From positions 22,058 through 86,057 of the IMG/VR virus record IMGVR_UViG_3300033067_000589: a stretch of DNA of 64,000 bases. One strand, given 5' to 3'. Below, piece by piece: positions 19,610 through 29,100 of the stretch; the first letter of the stretch is position 1; each line of letters begins with the position of its first letter. The DNA comes from a virus (taxonomy: Duplodnaviria > Caudoviricetes). The position numbers were made by a program, and so were the translations under genes. Under the pieces are notes generated by a model, which made no database searches, was not told the DNA's origin, and worked only from the letters and a program-made list of their open reading frames with translations.

Positions 19610-22600
19610 ATGTCAATACCATTATTAGATACATTTAACATTCCAACTGGAATACTTACTTCAACAACATCTGAGTTACTACTAGCTAGGGATACAGATG
19701 GTGATGTTAAGTTATTTAATGGTGCTTCTTATTTGAGAGGTAGTGGCACTGTAAATTATTTGCCTGTTTACTCTGCAACCAATACACTTGCAAGTAGTAT
19801 ATTACTCCAAACTGGTGGAAATATAGGAATTGGATTAACTACGAACATTGACCATAAGTTAAAAGTTGGTGGTGGTATTTATGGAGACTACTTACAGGTA
19901 AATACAGCTTATAGTAACGGAAATGTTCCGGGTAGGTTTTCTTGGGATTCTGACCATGATTTAATTGAGCTTGGTCTTAACAATCAATTTTCTGCAAAGT
20001 TACCTCAAGATGAAGTTTGGTCATGTATTGCTGCTACTACTATAACAAAAGGACAGCTTGTTTACGCTAGTGGAACAGTAGGAAGCTCTGGTAAGATACA
20101 AGCAACTCCTTTTATTGCAGATGGCACTATACCAGCAAGATTTTTAATTGGTGTTGCCACTGAAAACGCAGCACAGGGCGAATCTTTCCATGCAATGAGG
20201 TCTGGTATATTAAGAGGCATAAATACCTTTATGTACACAGAAGGTCAAGATTTGTGGGCATCTATAACAACAATAGGCGGTTACCAAACCACTGCGCCAG
20301 TAGCACCTAATCAAAAGTTATCGGTTGCTTTTGTAGTTGCAAGCCACGCTCAGAACGGAGAATTAGCTATACGTATTAACAATGGATTTGAATTAGGTGG
20401 AGCTAGTGATGCACAAATTACATCACCAACTACGAATCAATTACTTAGGTATAATAGTAATCGTTGGGAGAATTGGACACATAATTTTGTTAGTTTGTCC
20501 GTAAATGGTACAGTAAATAGGATAGCTAAGTTTACAGGTGCTACTACTTTAGGAAATAGTTTAATTCAAGACGATGGTACAAATGTATTGATTTTTGGCA
20601 ATATAGGAATAGGTGCGAGTGCTAATAGTGCTATATCTTTAAATTTAAGGAGAGATTTAATAGGTAGTGGTACGTTTGGTATCCTAAACGCATCAGGGGG
20701 GTTTGAGAACGGTTCTGATAATATTGGTATAGACAACGAATTTAGAATAAACTCTAATATAGGTATAAGTAGTTATATTGCATTTAGGTCAAGGAATACA
20801 ACAATACCCTCTGGGGCAACGAATCAGCTTTATGTTGGATTTCAAAACTTAAATATAGCCTTTGCTGCTGCTAGTACAGTTTATTCTTTTCAAGGGCAAG
20901 TTTCGTCAGGCACAAATCGTTGGAACTTGTACATGGACGGTACGGCTATAAACTACCTAAGAGGAGGTTTGCTGCTTAACACTACATCAAATACAGGCGA
21001 ACAATTAATAGTTAATGGTAACGCAAAAATCACTACAATGGCTACCGGTACAAGTACTGATGAAGTTGTAACAGTAACAAGTTCGGGTGTTTTAAATAAA
21101 AGAACAGTAACTGCCTTACTTAGTGATATAAATGGTATAACAGGAACAGGAACTACAAATAGGATAGCTAAGTTTACAGGTGCTACTACTTTAGGAGATA
21201 GTTTAATTCAAGATGATGCTAATCGTGTAGGTATAGGTGCGTTATTTACTAACACGAGTTTAAATATAGCACTCGGGTTAAGTCAAACTAATAGTATAGG
21301 ATTACTTCAACGTGGTACGGTTTCTATTGTATCTGGAGGTGATGTTATTGGTGTATATAATCAATCAAACATTTCTTCATCTGTAACAAGTGGTAATTAT
21401 ACTCATTTCGCAGCAATACAAGGGAGTGTTACTGGTGCATCTTTAACAAATCAAACTGGATTCTTAGCAGGATTTAATCTAAATCTAGGAACTAATAATT
21501 ATGGATTTAGAGGTTTACTTTCATCTGCAACTGGCCGTTGGAATTTGTATATGGATGGTACAGCTAGTAATTATTTAGCAGGAAGATTAGTTATTGGTAC
21601 TTTAGTTGATTTTGGTTTAAATACTGATAATGGTCTAAGATTGGCTGCATTAAGAAATCACGTAACTCCATCAACCAGCGGAATAAGCATAGATACGGTT
21701 GGTGTATTTTCAAACAACGCATCAACTAATGGTAACGCTACTGTTTCTATATTATCAAGGTCATCAGGAACTCAACGATTAAATTTTGGAAATCAACTTG
21801 TAGAAAGTGCATCATTTATATCTTCCGTCTTGGGTGATTTAAGATTTGGAACAGGAAGTGGATCGGTAGATGCTGTCGAAAGAATGAGGTTATTAGCAAG
21901 TGGATCTTTAGGGTTAGGAACTACATCTCCAATCTCTTTGCTTGAGTTATCTAATGATTCTAGTGGTAGTATAATAAAACTCACAAGACCAACATTAGCA
22001 TCAAACAATCTAGGTGTTGGTGCTATTTCATTTGGTGATAGCACTGGATATAAAGCAGCAATAACGTCAAGGGTGTCAGCTACAAATATGCAAGACCTTA
22101 GATTTCATACTGGAACAGCAAATGCCTCGGTTTATAATGTTTCAGAGAGGATGAGGATAGAATCTAATGGTAATCTACTCATTGGTCTTACTATTGATGG
22201 TGGTCAGTTATTGCAAGTTGGTGGTTCAATAAGACAAACTTCCGTAACAAATAATCTTTTATTTGCCGATTCAAATGGTGTACTTACAGGATATGCAAAT
22301 ACAGCAAGTATAGCACTAGGCACAGGAACTGGCGGATATATAGTCAGGTATTCTGGTACTGGTGTAACTCAAAACATCGGCAATTCAGCATTATTTCAAT
22401 CCGGTAGCAATATAGGGTTAGGTAAAACAAATCCCGGTTATACATTTGATGTGAATGGAGATATTGGGGTGTCAGGTACTTTATCTGTCTATTCTGGTGC
22501 ATCTAGCGTTAGTATAGTATCTAGTATACAGGGGGTTATATCTACTTATATCAATAACTCTATTAATGTTTTTGGTGATACTAATTCATTTATAATAAGT

Positions 22601-22987
22601 AATTCCAATTCCTTACCTAGTGGTGGTTCTGGTTATAGGGTACAAATAGATTCTGGTACAACAGGAGGTAATGGTCTTTTTGTGAGGGGAAATATTTACT
22701 CAACTGCTACGATTACATCATTCTCTGATATTCGACTAAAAAGTGAACTAGAAAGAATAGAAAATGCCATTGATAAGATAAAGAAAATTAGTGGTTATAC
22801 CTATTTATTTAATGATAAGAAAACACTGGGCCTTATATCTCAAGAAGTGAAAAATATAGCACCAGAAGCTATTGAAGAAAAAGGTGGATATATGACACTG
22901 AACTATCAAGGCTTCTCTGCTGTAATTGTAGAAGCAATCAAAGAATTGTCTAGTGAAATTCAAAAATTGAAAGAGAAATGCCAATAA
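19610..22987 (+). CDS. Long tail fibre with C-terminal intramolecular chaperone (peptidase S74-like)
   Basis: C-terminal SDIRLKSELERIENAIDKIKKISGYTY...LGLISQEV; ERMRI repeats; internal duplicated modules. Confidence 0.85.
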   Translation: MSIPLLDTFNIPTGILTSTTSELLLARDTDGDVKLFNGASYLRGSGTVNYLPVYSATNTLASSILLQTGGNIGIGLTTNIDHKLKVGGGIYGDYLQVNTAYSNGNVPGRFSWDSDHDLIELGLNNQFSAKLPQDEVWSCIAATTITKGQLVYASGTVGSSGKIQATPFIADGTIPARFLIGVATENAAQGESFHAMRSGILRGINTFMYTEGQDLWASITTIGGYQTTAPVAPNQKLSVAFVVASHAQNGELAIRINNGFELGGASDAQITSPTTNQLLRYNSNRWENWTHNFVSLSVNGTVNRIAKFTGATTLGNSLIQDDGTNVLIFGNIGIGASANSAISLNLRRDLIGSGTFGILNASGGFENGSDNIGIDNEFRINSNIGISSYIAFRSRNTTIPSGATNQLYVGFQNLNIAFAAASTVYSFQGQVSSGTNRWNLYMDGTAINYLRGGLLLNTTSNTGEQLIVNGNAKITTMATGTSTDEVVTVTSSGVLNKRTVTALLSDINGITGTGTTNRIAKFTGATTLGDSLIQDDANRVGIGALFTNTSLNIALGLSQTNSIGLLQRGTVSIVSGGDVIGVYNQSNISSSVTSGNYTHFAAIQGSVTGASLTNQTGFLAGFNLNLGTNNYGFRGLLSSATGRWNLYMDGTASNYLAGRLVIGTLVDFGLNTDNGLRLAALRNHVTPSTSGISIDTVGVFSNNASTNGNATVSILSRSSGTQRLNFGNQLVESASFISSVLGDLRFGTGSGSVDAVERMRLLASGSLGLGTTSPISLLELSNDSSGSIIKLTRPTLASNNLGVGAISFGDSTGYKAAITSRVSATNMQDLRFHTGTANASVYNVSERMRIESNGNLLIGLTIDGGQLLQVGGSIRQTSVTNNLLFADSNGVLTGYANTASIALGTGTGGYIVRYSGTGVTQNIGNSALFQSGSNIGLGKTNPGYTFDVNGDIGVSGTLSVYSGASSVSIVSSIQGVISTYINNSINVFGDTNSFIISNSNSLPSGGSGYRVQIDSGTTGGNGLFVRGNIYSTATITSFSDIRLKSELERIENAIDKIKKISGYTYLFNDKKTLGLISQEVKNIAPEAIEEKGGYMTLNYQGFSAVIVEAIKELSSEIQKLKEKCQ

Positions 22988-25900
22988 CACAAGCACCAAA
23001 CGAGATACGCACTATTGATATATTAAGAGAGCTTGGTTATACAAATCCAAATATTGATATATCTAAAAAGATAGAATTGGATTTAAGATTAAATGGAAGC
23101 ATTATTGAGGTAAAAGTAGAAGATGTATTTATTCCATTAAATATGTGTTCCACTTTTCTTCCAGACCCAAACAAACCGCATGAATTAGAACACTGGTATG
23201 GATATGATCATTTAGAGGTTGGTGATTGTTGTGGTGTGTATGACCCACTAACAAACTCAAATTTTGGAAAGATACCAACAGGAGATAGGGTTATTGTGAA
23301 TAGCGACAAATCTGTTACATTTTATGATTTAGGTAGTAACCCTAGAATCGACCCATATAAGACACCATCTATAAATGGTATGTCGTTAAATCCTGCTGTT
23401 TTATCGACAGAATTTAATGGATTCTATGAATTTCCGAATACAAGATTTTCATCAGAGCCTACTCTTATTTGTAATACAAGTCAAATGATGACGGTGTATG
23501 CTGAATCTGAAAATATCCTTACCAATTCATTAACTAAATTATATAGAAAGTCTGGCTCTTCCCTAGTTCCATTAACAGGAACGACACAATATAGATACGT
23601 AAGAATTGGTAATTATGTGTATGTAGTGGATTTTAATAGTACAGGTAATGTACTTATTCGAGATAATACTATCTCCTGTGGAAACCCATCTACGCCAGAA
23701 GTTAATGATATAGGATTGCCAGCACCTTTTTTTGGTAAGGATTACCAAATAGTAAAGGTATCATTTAAGTCAAGTATAACATCTGTTGGTGAGTGGTTCA
23801 TGTTTTTTGTAGGTAAAGATTCTAACAATAATCAACTAACAGGAAGTGTACAAAGAACCCAAGCATTAGAAGCTCAATATAGGGAATTTACATTTGATAT
23901 GTCAAATACTCCTAATTGGAACAATGCCATTATAGAGAATGTTTATTTTCTATTTCTTCGGTCATCTATGTTTGACTTGTCACTAAAGAACTTTACAATA
24001 TGTTCAAAAGATGGATTAAAAGCATTTAGTGGAGTTAGATTAGGTACTGAAATTACAATACCGGAGCAGTGGTTAAGAAATAGTCAATTTCAAGGTTCTG
24101 TAAGTGTAACCAATACTGGTAATCAAAACACATCAGGAACAATAACTATAAAGGTTTATTTTCCTAGTTCAAATATAACTTACGTAGCAACTACAACAAG
24201 TGGGTACACATATAGTTTCGCATCAAACGTACTTACAATTACCACTACAAATGTCATACAGATAGGGCAAATTGTTAATATCCCAATCAATATGACTTCT
24301 TCCGTAGAGGGAATATACACTCTTTACTCAAAAGTATATGGAGGTGGTGATTTAGTAAGTACAAACGAAACGAATGGAGCTAGGAGTAAGGATAAACAAA
24401 TACAAATATTTGCTACCCTCCCATGTGTTCCTATAAATTCAGTAGAAATACAAGGTCAAAATATAGTTGATTTTGATTCGCTTCAAACATATAATGTATT
24501 TTACTCTGGTGGTAATTATGCACCAACAATTCTTTGGTCAGTAGTTGGTGGAACTATTGTAGGGTCAAATAATGGAAATCAAGTTTCAATAAGGTGGAAT
24601 CTGAATCCAGCCACATCAGGTAGTGTATCTGTAAGATTAGATAATCAATGTACCACAAATCTAAACACAACATTATCGGTAACTAGAAGATCTTATGGAA
24701 ATGATTATCAAGTAAGAACTTCTGTTAAAAATAACTGTCCAGTTGGGCAGTTTGGCACAGCATATACAACAGAGGTGCAAGCTAATACCTATTTTGCAAA
24801 AACAAAACAAGAAGCAAATGATTTAGCTATTGCTTTTTTAAACGCAAATAGCCAAACAAATGCGAATAACTTTGGTACTTGTATTATTGGGTGTAATAAT
24901 ATTACGAATGTAACAATAAGTGGAAGTACTACGGTAGGTTGGCAAGCATCGGCAGTATATACTGCAACTGTTACAGGGGGCACTGGGGTGAAATACGAAT
25001 GGAGTGTAACTAATGGTGTAGTTACAGGTGGACAGGGCACGAGTAGTGCTACTATACTTTTCAATTTTAATGCTTCTGGAGCTTCATTTTCTAATGCAGT
25101 GGTAACTGTTCGTGCTTTTCAAGATTGCAATTCTTCTGAAAGAAGTACTCAAAGGACTGTGAGTCCAATATTATTTACAGCTAGTGACACAAGAACCTTG
25201 AGTAAGAATAATTGCCCAACCAACTTCGAGTCAGCATCAACAAAAGAATATTTTGGACAAGTATCTTCCGCTATAAGTCAGCAAACAGCCAATGAGGCAT
25301 TAAATATATTATTTGCAACTACGCTTCAAGATTTAGCTAACACAGAGCTTACTTGTCGTCAAAGTGTATTCTTTAATGCACAGGCATCAAGAACCTACAC
25401 AAAGACTTGTCCTAGCGGATATACTCCATCGCAGCAATCATATACTCATATTGTTCCAGCAGGTAAATATAGTGCGCCTACTCAAGCAGGTGCAGATGCT
25501 CTAGCTACGGCTGAGTTGGATAGTATTGATGTAAACCAATATATTTCATGTGTGTTTACCGGTACGGTTACGGCAAGCGCGTCTATCCGAGAAATTAATG
25601 TATTTGCAGGAAATCCAACGGCATCTAACTTTATTAGAGTTGATGTGTTTATATCAAATGGTTTAGGTTTTGTGTCAAGTGTAAATATGTTTGATACGTC
25701 TAACAATCAAATGGTGGCATCTGGCTCTCCATCATCCAGTTTGATACTCACGCACAATGGGGCCGTCTCTGTTTTAACTACACCCGGAACGTCCATATTT
25801 AAAGAATATAGGGTGGACATGGGATTGACTGGTGGAGGTACAATAAGTGTATTTGCAAGTGCAGTAATAACGAATAAAGATTATTCAAATGGATACGCCA

Positions 25901-26388
25901 TTACCTATGGTTATCAAAATAGAAGAAATCCATTATTAGGGCAACCTAGAAGATTATTGACCATAAGAATATCACCTCCTTTGTACTTTTACGAGCAATC
26001 ACTTAATTTTTATTTAGGATTTATACGATGGAGAATTGGTACATCTGGTGCTTGGAATAATTTTACTAGGATATTGTCAAGTGGCGTAGGTGCTCCAGAA
26101 TTGACAAATGCGCCTATTGTGTCATTATTGGGAAATACAGGAAATTTAGTTGATATTCGTAATGTAACTACGATGGCAACAGATTCTGGGTCTGGACTAC
26201 CATTAGAATTTGTAAGAATAGTTTTGACAGGAGAGGTGCTGGATTCTGATTTACCAACTTATCAAAATATAAATTTGGAGATAAGGTATTTAACTCAAGT
26301 GTCATCAAGTTCATCTAAGGCTCACTATACGGCACTTTCACCACCATTTATTTACAGCGTAAATTACACAGATATAGATTTAGGATAA
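22978..26388 (+). CDS. Multi-domain adhesin-like virion protein with PKD/Ig-like and DUF5977-like repeats (1136 aa)
   Basis: Repeats of the type KNNCP...YTTEVQANTY...QEANDLA; V.I.G...Y.WSV.GG repeats. Confidence 0.65.
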   Translation: MPITQAPNEIRTIDILRELGYTNPNIDISKKIELDLRLNGSIIEVKVEDVFIPLNMCSTFLPDPNKPHELEHWYGYDHLEVGDCCGVYDPLTNSNFGKIPTGDRVIVNSDKSVTFYDLGSNPRIDPYKTPSINGMSLNPAVLSTEFNGFYEFPNTRFSSEPTLICNTSQMMTVYAESENILTNSLTKLYRKSGSSLVPLTGTTQYRYVRIGNYVYVVDFNSTGNVLIRDNTISCGNPSTPEVNDIGLPAPFFGKDYQIVKVSFKSSITSVGEWFMFFVGKDSNNNQLTGSVQRTQALEAQYREFTFDMSNTPNWNNAIIENVYFLFLRSSMFDLSLKNFTICSKDGLKAFSGVRLGTEITIPEQWLRNSQFQGSVSVTNTGNQNTSGTITIKVYFPSSNITYVATTTSGYTYSFASNVLTITTTNVIQIGQIVNIPINMTSSVEGIYTLYSKVYGGGDLVSTNETNGARSKDKQIQIFATLPCVPINSVEIQGQNIVDFDSLQTYNVFYSGGNYAPTILWSVVGGTIVGSNNGNQVSIRWNLNPATSGSVSVRLDNQCTTNLNTTLSVTRRSYGNDYQVRTSVKNNCPVGQFGTAYTTEVQANTYFAKTKQEANDLAIAFLNANSQTNANNFGTCIIGCNNITNVTISGSTTVGWQASAVYTATVTGGTGVKYEWSVTNGVVTGGQGTSSATILFNFNASGASFSNAVVTVRAFQDCNSSERSTQRTVSPILFTASDTRTLSKNNCPTNFESASTKEYFGQVSSAISQQTANEALNILFATTLQDLANTELTCRQSVFFNAQASRTYTKTCPSGYTPSQQSYTHIVPAGKYSAPTQAGADALATAELDSIDVNQYISCVFTGTVTASASIREINVFAGNPTASNFIRVDVFISNGLGFVSSVNMFDTSNNQMVASGSPSSSLILTHNGAVSVLTTPGTSIFKEYRVDMGLTGGGTISVFASAVITNKDYSNGYAITYGYQNRRNPLLGQPRRLLTIRISPPLYFYEQSLNFYLGFIRWRIGTSGAWNNFTRILSSGVGAPELTNAPIVSLLGNTGNLVDIRNVTTMATDSGSGLPLEFVRIVLTGEVLDSDLPTYQNINLEIRYLTQVSSSSSKAHYTALSPPFIYSVNYTDIDLG

Positions 26389-26390
26389 TT

Positions 26391-26759
26391 ATGGAAAAGA
26401 ACTTAGAATTAAGTCAGGACTTTGTAGTCCAGTTGAAGCCAAATAGACTTTTTATAAAAGCTATTGGTGATGTATCAGGAAGTCAAACTCAAGTATATTA
26501 TAAATTAATATACGACCATTATGAGAACGAACCGCAACAAGTTCCAACTGAACAAGAAGATGGTAGTATTATTATGCAAGGTAGTCAAGAAGAAAATCTT
26601 GTACTAAGATATTCTATTACATTGTTTGAGGGCAATCAAACAATACCTACTGAGTATTGGATACCATTACTTATGGGAGATAAGGAAACGATAAATCAAA
26701 TACTCTCAGGATTTACTTGGTATGGGCCATTTGAAGGACTTGTTTTACAGGTAAAATAA
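26391..26759 (+). CDS. Hypothetical tail-associated protein (122 aa)
   Basis: ORF directly after the fibre genes. Confidence 0.5.
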   Translation: MEKNLELSQDFVVQLKPNRLFIKAIGDVSGSQTQVYYKLIYDHYENEPQQVPTEQEDGSIIMQGSQEENLVLRYSITLFEGNQTIPTEYWIPLLMGDKETINQILSGFTWYGPFEGLVLQVK

Positions 26760-26792
26760 CAATATATTTGAAGTGAAATAAACACACTAAAT

Positions 26793-27200
26793 ATGACTAA
26801 CAAGGAAGCAATTAGATTAAGAAGTGCACTCGTTGCAATCGAGAGAGATTATTTCTCGGAAAAACCAAAGTATTTGGATTTAAAAAAAGAGTTTATCTCT
26901 AAGGTGATAGATAACAATATGAAGTTATCTAAGCTAGAGGAGGAAGCTCAGGCCATTGTAACAAAATGGAGAAAGATTTTCTTAAAGGAGCATGGATATT
27001 CAGAGGAAAGGCTACAAGAGCGAGATGTATTATCTCAATTTACCTTATTCTTAGATAGTGACGGATTACCAAAAGAAGAGCTTGAAAAATTTGACAAAGC
27101 ACCATACAAGGTAAAGTTAGACAAGTTCGAGAAGTCTGACTTAAATGGCGTAATCCTCCCTTCTGACATTAGAGTCATATTAGAGTCAGTAACCGTTTAA
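26793..27200 (+). CDS. Hypothetical protein (135 aa)
   Basis: Helical ORF preceded by a TATATTTG box at 26763-26770. Confidence 0.55.
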   Translation: MTNKEAIRLRSALVAIERDYFSEKPKYLDLKKEFISKVIDNNMKLSKLEEEAQAIVTKWRKIFLKEHGYSEERLQERDVLSQFTLFLDSDGLPKEELEKFDKAPYKVKLDKFEKSDLNGVILPSDIRVILESVTV

Positions 27201-27212
27201 TTATTATATATT

Positions 27213-27341
27213 ATGATGAAAGGTGGTAAAGGTGGGAAAATGGATAAGATGAAAGGTCTTCCAAAAGGATTAAAAGAAGCTATGATGAAAAAGTCTGGCG
27301 GAAAAAAGATGGCAGCTAAAAAAGGCAAAAAATCTTATTAA
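27213..27341 (+). CDS. Lys/Gly/Met-rich microprotein (42 aa; not in the ORF track)
   Basis: Hand translation MMKGGKGGKMDKMKGLPKGLKEAMMKKSGGKKMAAKKGKKSY; A/T-rich start context; followed by a terminator. Confidence 0.7.
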   Translation: MMKGGKGGKMDKMKGLPKGLKEAMMKKSGGKKMAAKKGKKSY

Positions 27342-27356
27342 TCTAACTCACAGATA

Positions 27357-27396
27357 AAAATGATAGAGATGTAAAAAGTTTCTATCATTTTTTTTT
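27357..27396 (+). terminator. Intrinsic terminator
   Basis: AAAATGATAGA/TCTATCATTTT stem plus T tract. Confidence 0.7.
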
Positions 27397-27397
27397 G

Positions 27398-27405
27398 TAT
27401 TTTTG
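27398..27405 (+). promoter_or_regulatory. -7 promoter box
   Basis: TATTTTTG(AT), 20 nt before the ATG at 27425. Confidence 0.5.
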
Positions 27406-27424
27406 ATTCAAATGATTATTAACT

Positions 27425-27601
27425 ATGGCAACGAAGAGTAAGGTAAATGCTGCTGGTAATTATACAAAACCATCTATGAGAAAGTCTTTGTTTAATAAAA
27501 TAAAGGCAGGAAGTAAAGGTGGAAGGCCGGGGCAATGGTCGGCTCGTAAGGCTCAAATGTTAGCTAAGGCATACAAATCCAACGGAGGGGGATATAAATG
27601 A
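27425..27601 (+). CDS. Basic microprotein, DUF5872-like (58 aa; not in the ORF track)
   Basis: Hand translation MATKSKVNAAGNYTKPSMRKSLFNKIKAGSKGGRPGQWSARKAQMLAKAYKSNGGGYK; ATGA overlap with the next gene. Confidence 0.8.
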   Translation: MATKSKVNAAGNYTKPSMRKSLFNKIKAGSKGGRPGQWSARKAQMLAKAYKSNGGGYK

Positions 27602-27834
27602 AAAAGCCACAAAAAGATTTAGTCAGATGGACAAAGCAAAAATGGAGGACTCCTAGCGGTAAACCATCTGGAGAAACAGGAGAGGTTTATGCACCATCTG
27701 CCACGATAAAATCATTGAAGTCATCTAGTTCTGGTAGAGCTAAATTAGCAAGAGCTACTGCTGTAAAAAGAAAAGCAACCAAGGCAGGAGTTCAACACGC
27801 AAGGCATGGATTACATAAAGGTAAAAAGAGATAG
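27598..27834 (+). CDS. Basic microprotein (78 aa)
   Basis: WTKQKWRTPSGKPSGETGE motif; K/R-rich. Confidence 0.75.
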   Translation: MKKPQKDLVRWTKQKWRTPSGKPSGETGEVYAPSATIKSLKSSSSGRAKLARATAVKRKATKAGVQHARHGLHKGKKR

Positions 27835-27836
27835 AT

Positions 27837-28154
27837 ATGAGTAAAGACCCTAAATTAGCAAGAGCAGGTGTTAGTGGTTATAATAAACCAAAGAGAACAC
27901 CAAGTCACCCTAAGAAAAGTCACGTAGTTGTGGCTAAGGAAGGCTCAAAGACCAAATTAATTCGCTTCGGACAACAGGGAGTATCTGGGTCTCCAAAGAA
28001 AAAAGGCGAGTCGGAAGCGTACAGAAAAAGAAGAGAGAGCTTTAAAGCAAGACACGCTGCAAACATAAAGAAGGGTAAAATGTCTGCGGCTTATTGGTCG
28101 AGCCGTACAAAATGGATTGTAGCCTTCATATTTAACTTATTAATTTTTATATAA
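27837..28154 (+). CDS. Basic small protein (105 aa)
   Basis: YNKPKRTP...KSHVVVAK...LIRFGQQG...FKARH...SAAYWS; K/R-rich. Confidence 0.75.
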   Translation: MSKDPKLARAGVSGYNKPKRTPSHPKKSHVVVAKEGSKTKLIRFGQQGVSGSPKKKGESEAYRKRRESFKARHAANIKKGKMSAAYWSSRTKWIVAFIFNLLIFI

Positions 28155-28155
28155 A

Positions 28156-29100
28156 ATGGCATCAACAGGAACAATAACATTATCAAACGCAGCACTAGGC
28201 AATATATCTAGTGTGTCTGTAAAAATAAACGGAGACCCTACCGAAAGGTACATATCTCTTAATCAACAAACAGGGCTACTTACGTTTAATTCATTAGATG
28301 ACGGATTTAGATACACGTATGTAATTTTACTTACATTTAATGACCAAAGGGTTGCTAGTGCTATTTTTAGCCATGGCTGCGGAGAAGGTACGACCACTCA
28401 AGGCACAACAAGTACAACCTCTGGAACAACAACATCTAGTACTACTACATCTAGTACAACAAGTACAAGTACAACAGCATCTAGTACTACTACACCAGTC
28501 CCAACCACTCCATCTTGTCAAGAACCCACGTCGGTGACTATTCAGGGTAATTTAACTCCACTTATTAACACTACTGAAACTTACACATTATCAGTAGTAG
28601 GAGGGCAAAACAATACTTACGTTTGGACTGTTAGTGGTGGTACTATATCTGGCTCATCAACATCAAATACAGTAACAGTAATATGGGGAAACAACACATC
28701 TGTAACATCAAGCATATCTGTATCAGTCGGGTGTACGGGAGGAAGTAACCCTGCAATAGATTTTGATTCATTTGTACTTGGAGTTCCAGAAACAACTCCA
28801 GCACCAACAACTCCAGAGCCTACTACTACTCCAATTCCTTTTATTCAGCTATCAATTAGTTCACAAGAGTACTTAACATCAAGTGAGGCTTGCGCTGCAC
28901 TAGAGGTTACCATAAATATTTACAGAAATAACAATGGTGCTACAATTACAACAGGAGTTGGTGTATTCCAAGAATCTACACTAACTAATCCTTATGTACC
29001 GGCAAACACAGCGTCTTGGTATTTACTCCAAGAGGGCGTAACTAGGTATGCAGTGCAAATTAATTCATTTGGTACAATATCACAACTTATAGCTTGTTGA
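28156..29100 (+). CDS. Ser/Thr/Pro-rich (mucin-like) multidomain protein with a PKD-like domain
   Basis: TTSTTSGTTTSSTTTSSTTSTSTTASSTTTP and TTPAPTTPEPTTTP linkers; PKD-like repeat shared with the 22978 gene. Confidence 0.7.
   Translation: MASTGTITLSNAALGNISSVSVKINGDPTERYISLNQQTGLLTFNSLDDGFRYTYVILLTFNDQRVASAIFSHGCGEGTTTQGTTSTTSGTTTSSTTTSSTTSTSTTASSTTTPVPTTPSCQEPTSVTIQGNLTPLINTTETYTLSVVGGQNNTYVWTVSGGTISGSSTSNTVTVIWGNNTSVTSSISVSVGCTGGSNPAIDFDSFVLGVPETTPAPTTPEPTTTPIPFIQLSISSQEYLTSSEACAALEVTINIYRNNNGATITTGVGVFQESTLTNPYVPANTASWYLLQEGVTRYAVQINSFGTISQLIAC

Noticed and set aside
19610-26388. Diversity-generating retroelement acting on the fibre genes
   Set aside because: No reverse transcriptase ORF; the 62-nt repeat is in-frame coding in both copies and is not an adenine-specific TR/VR pair.
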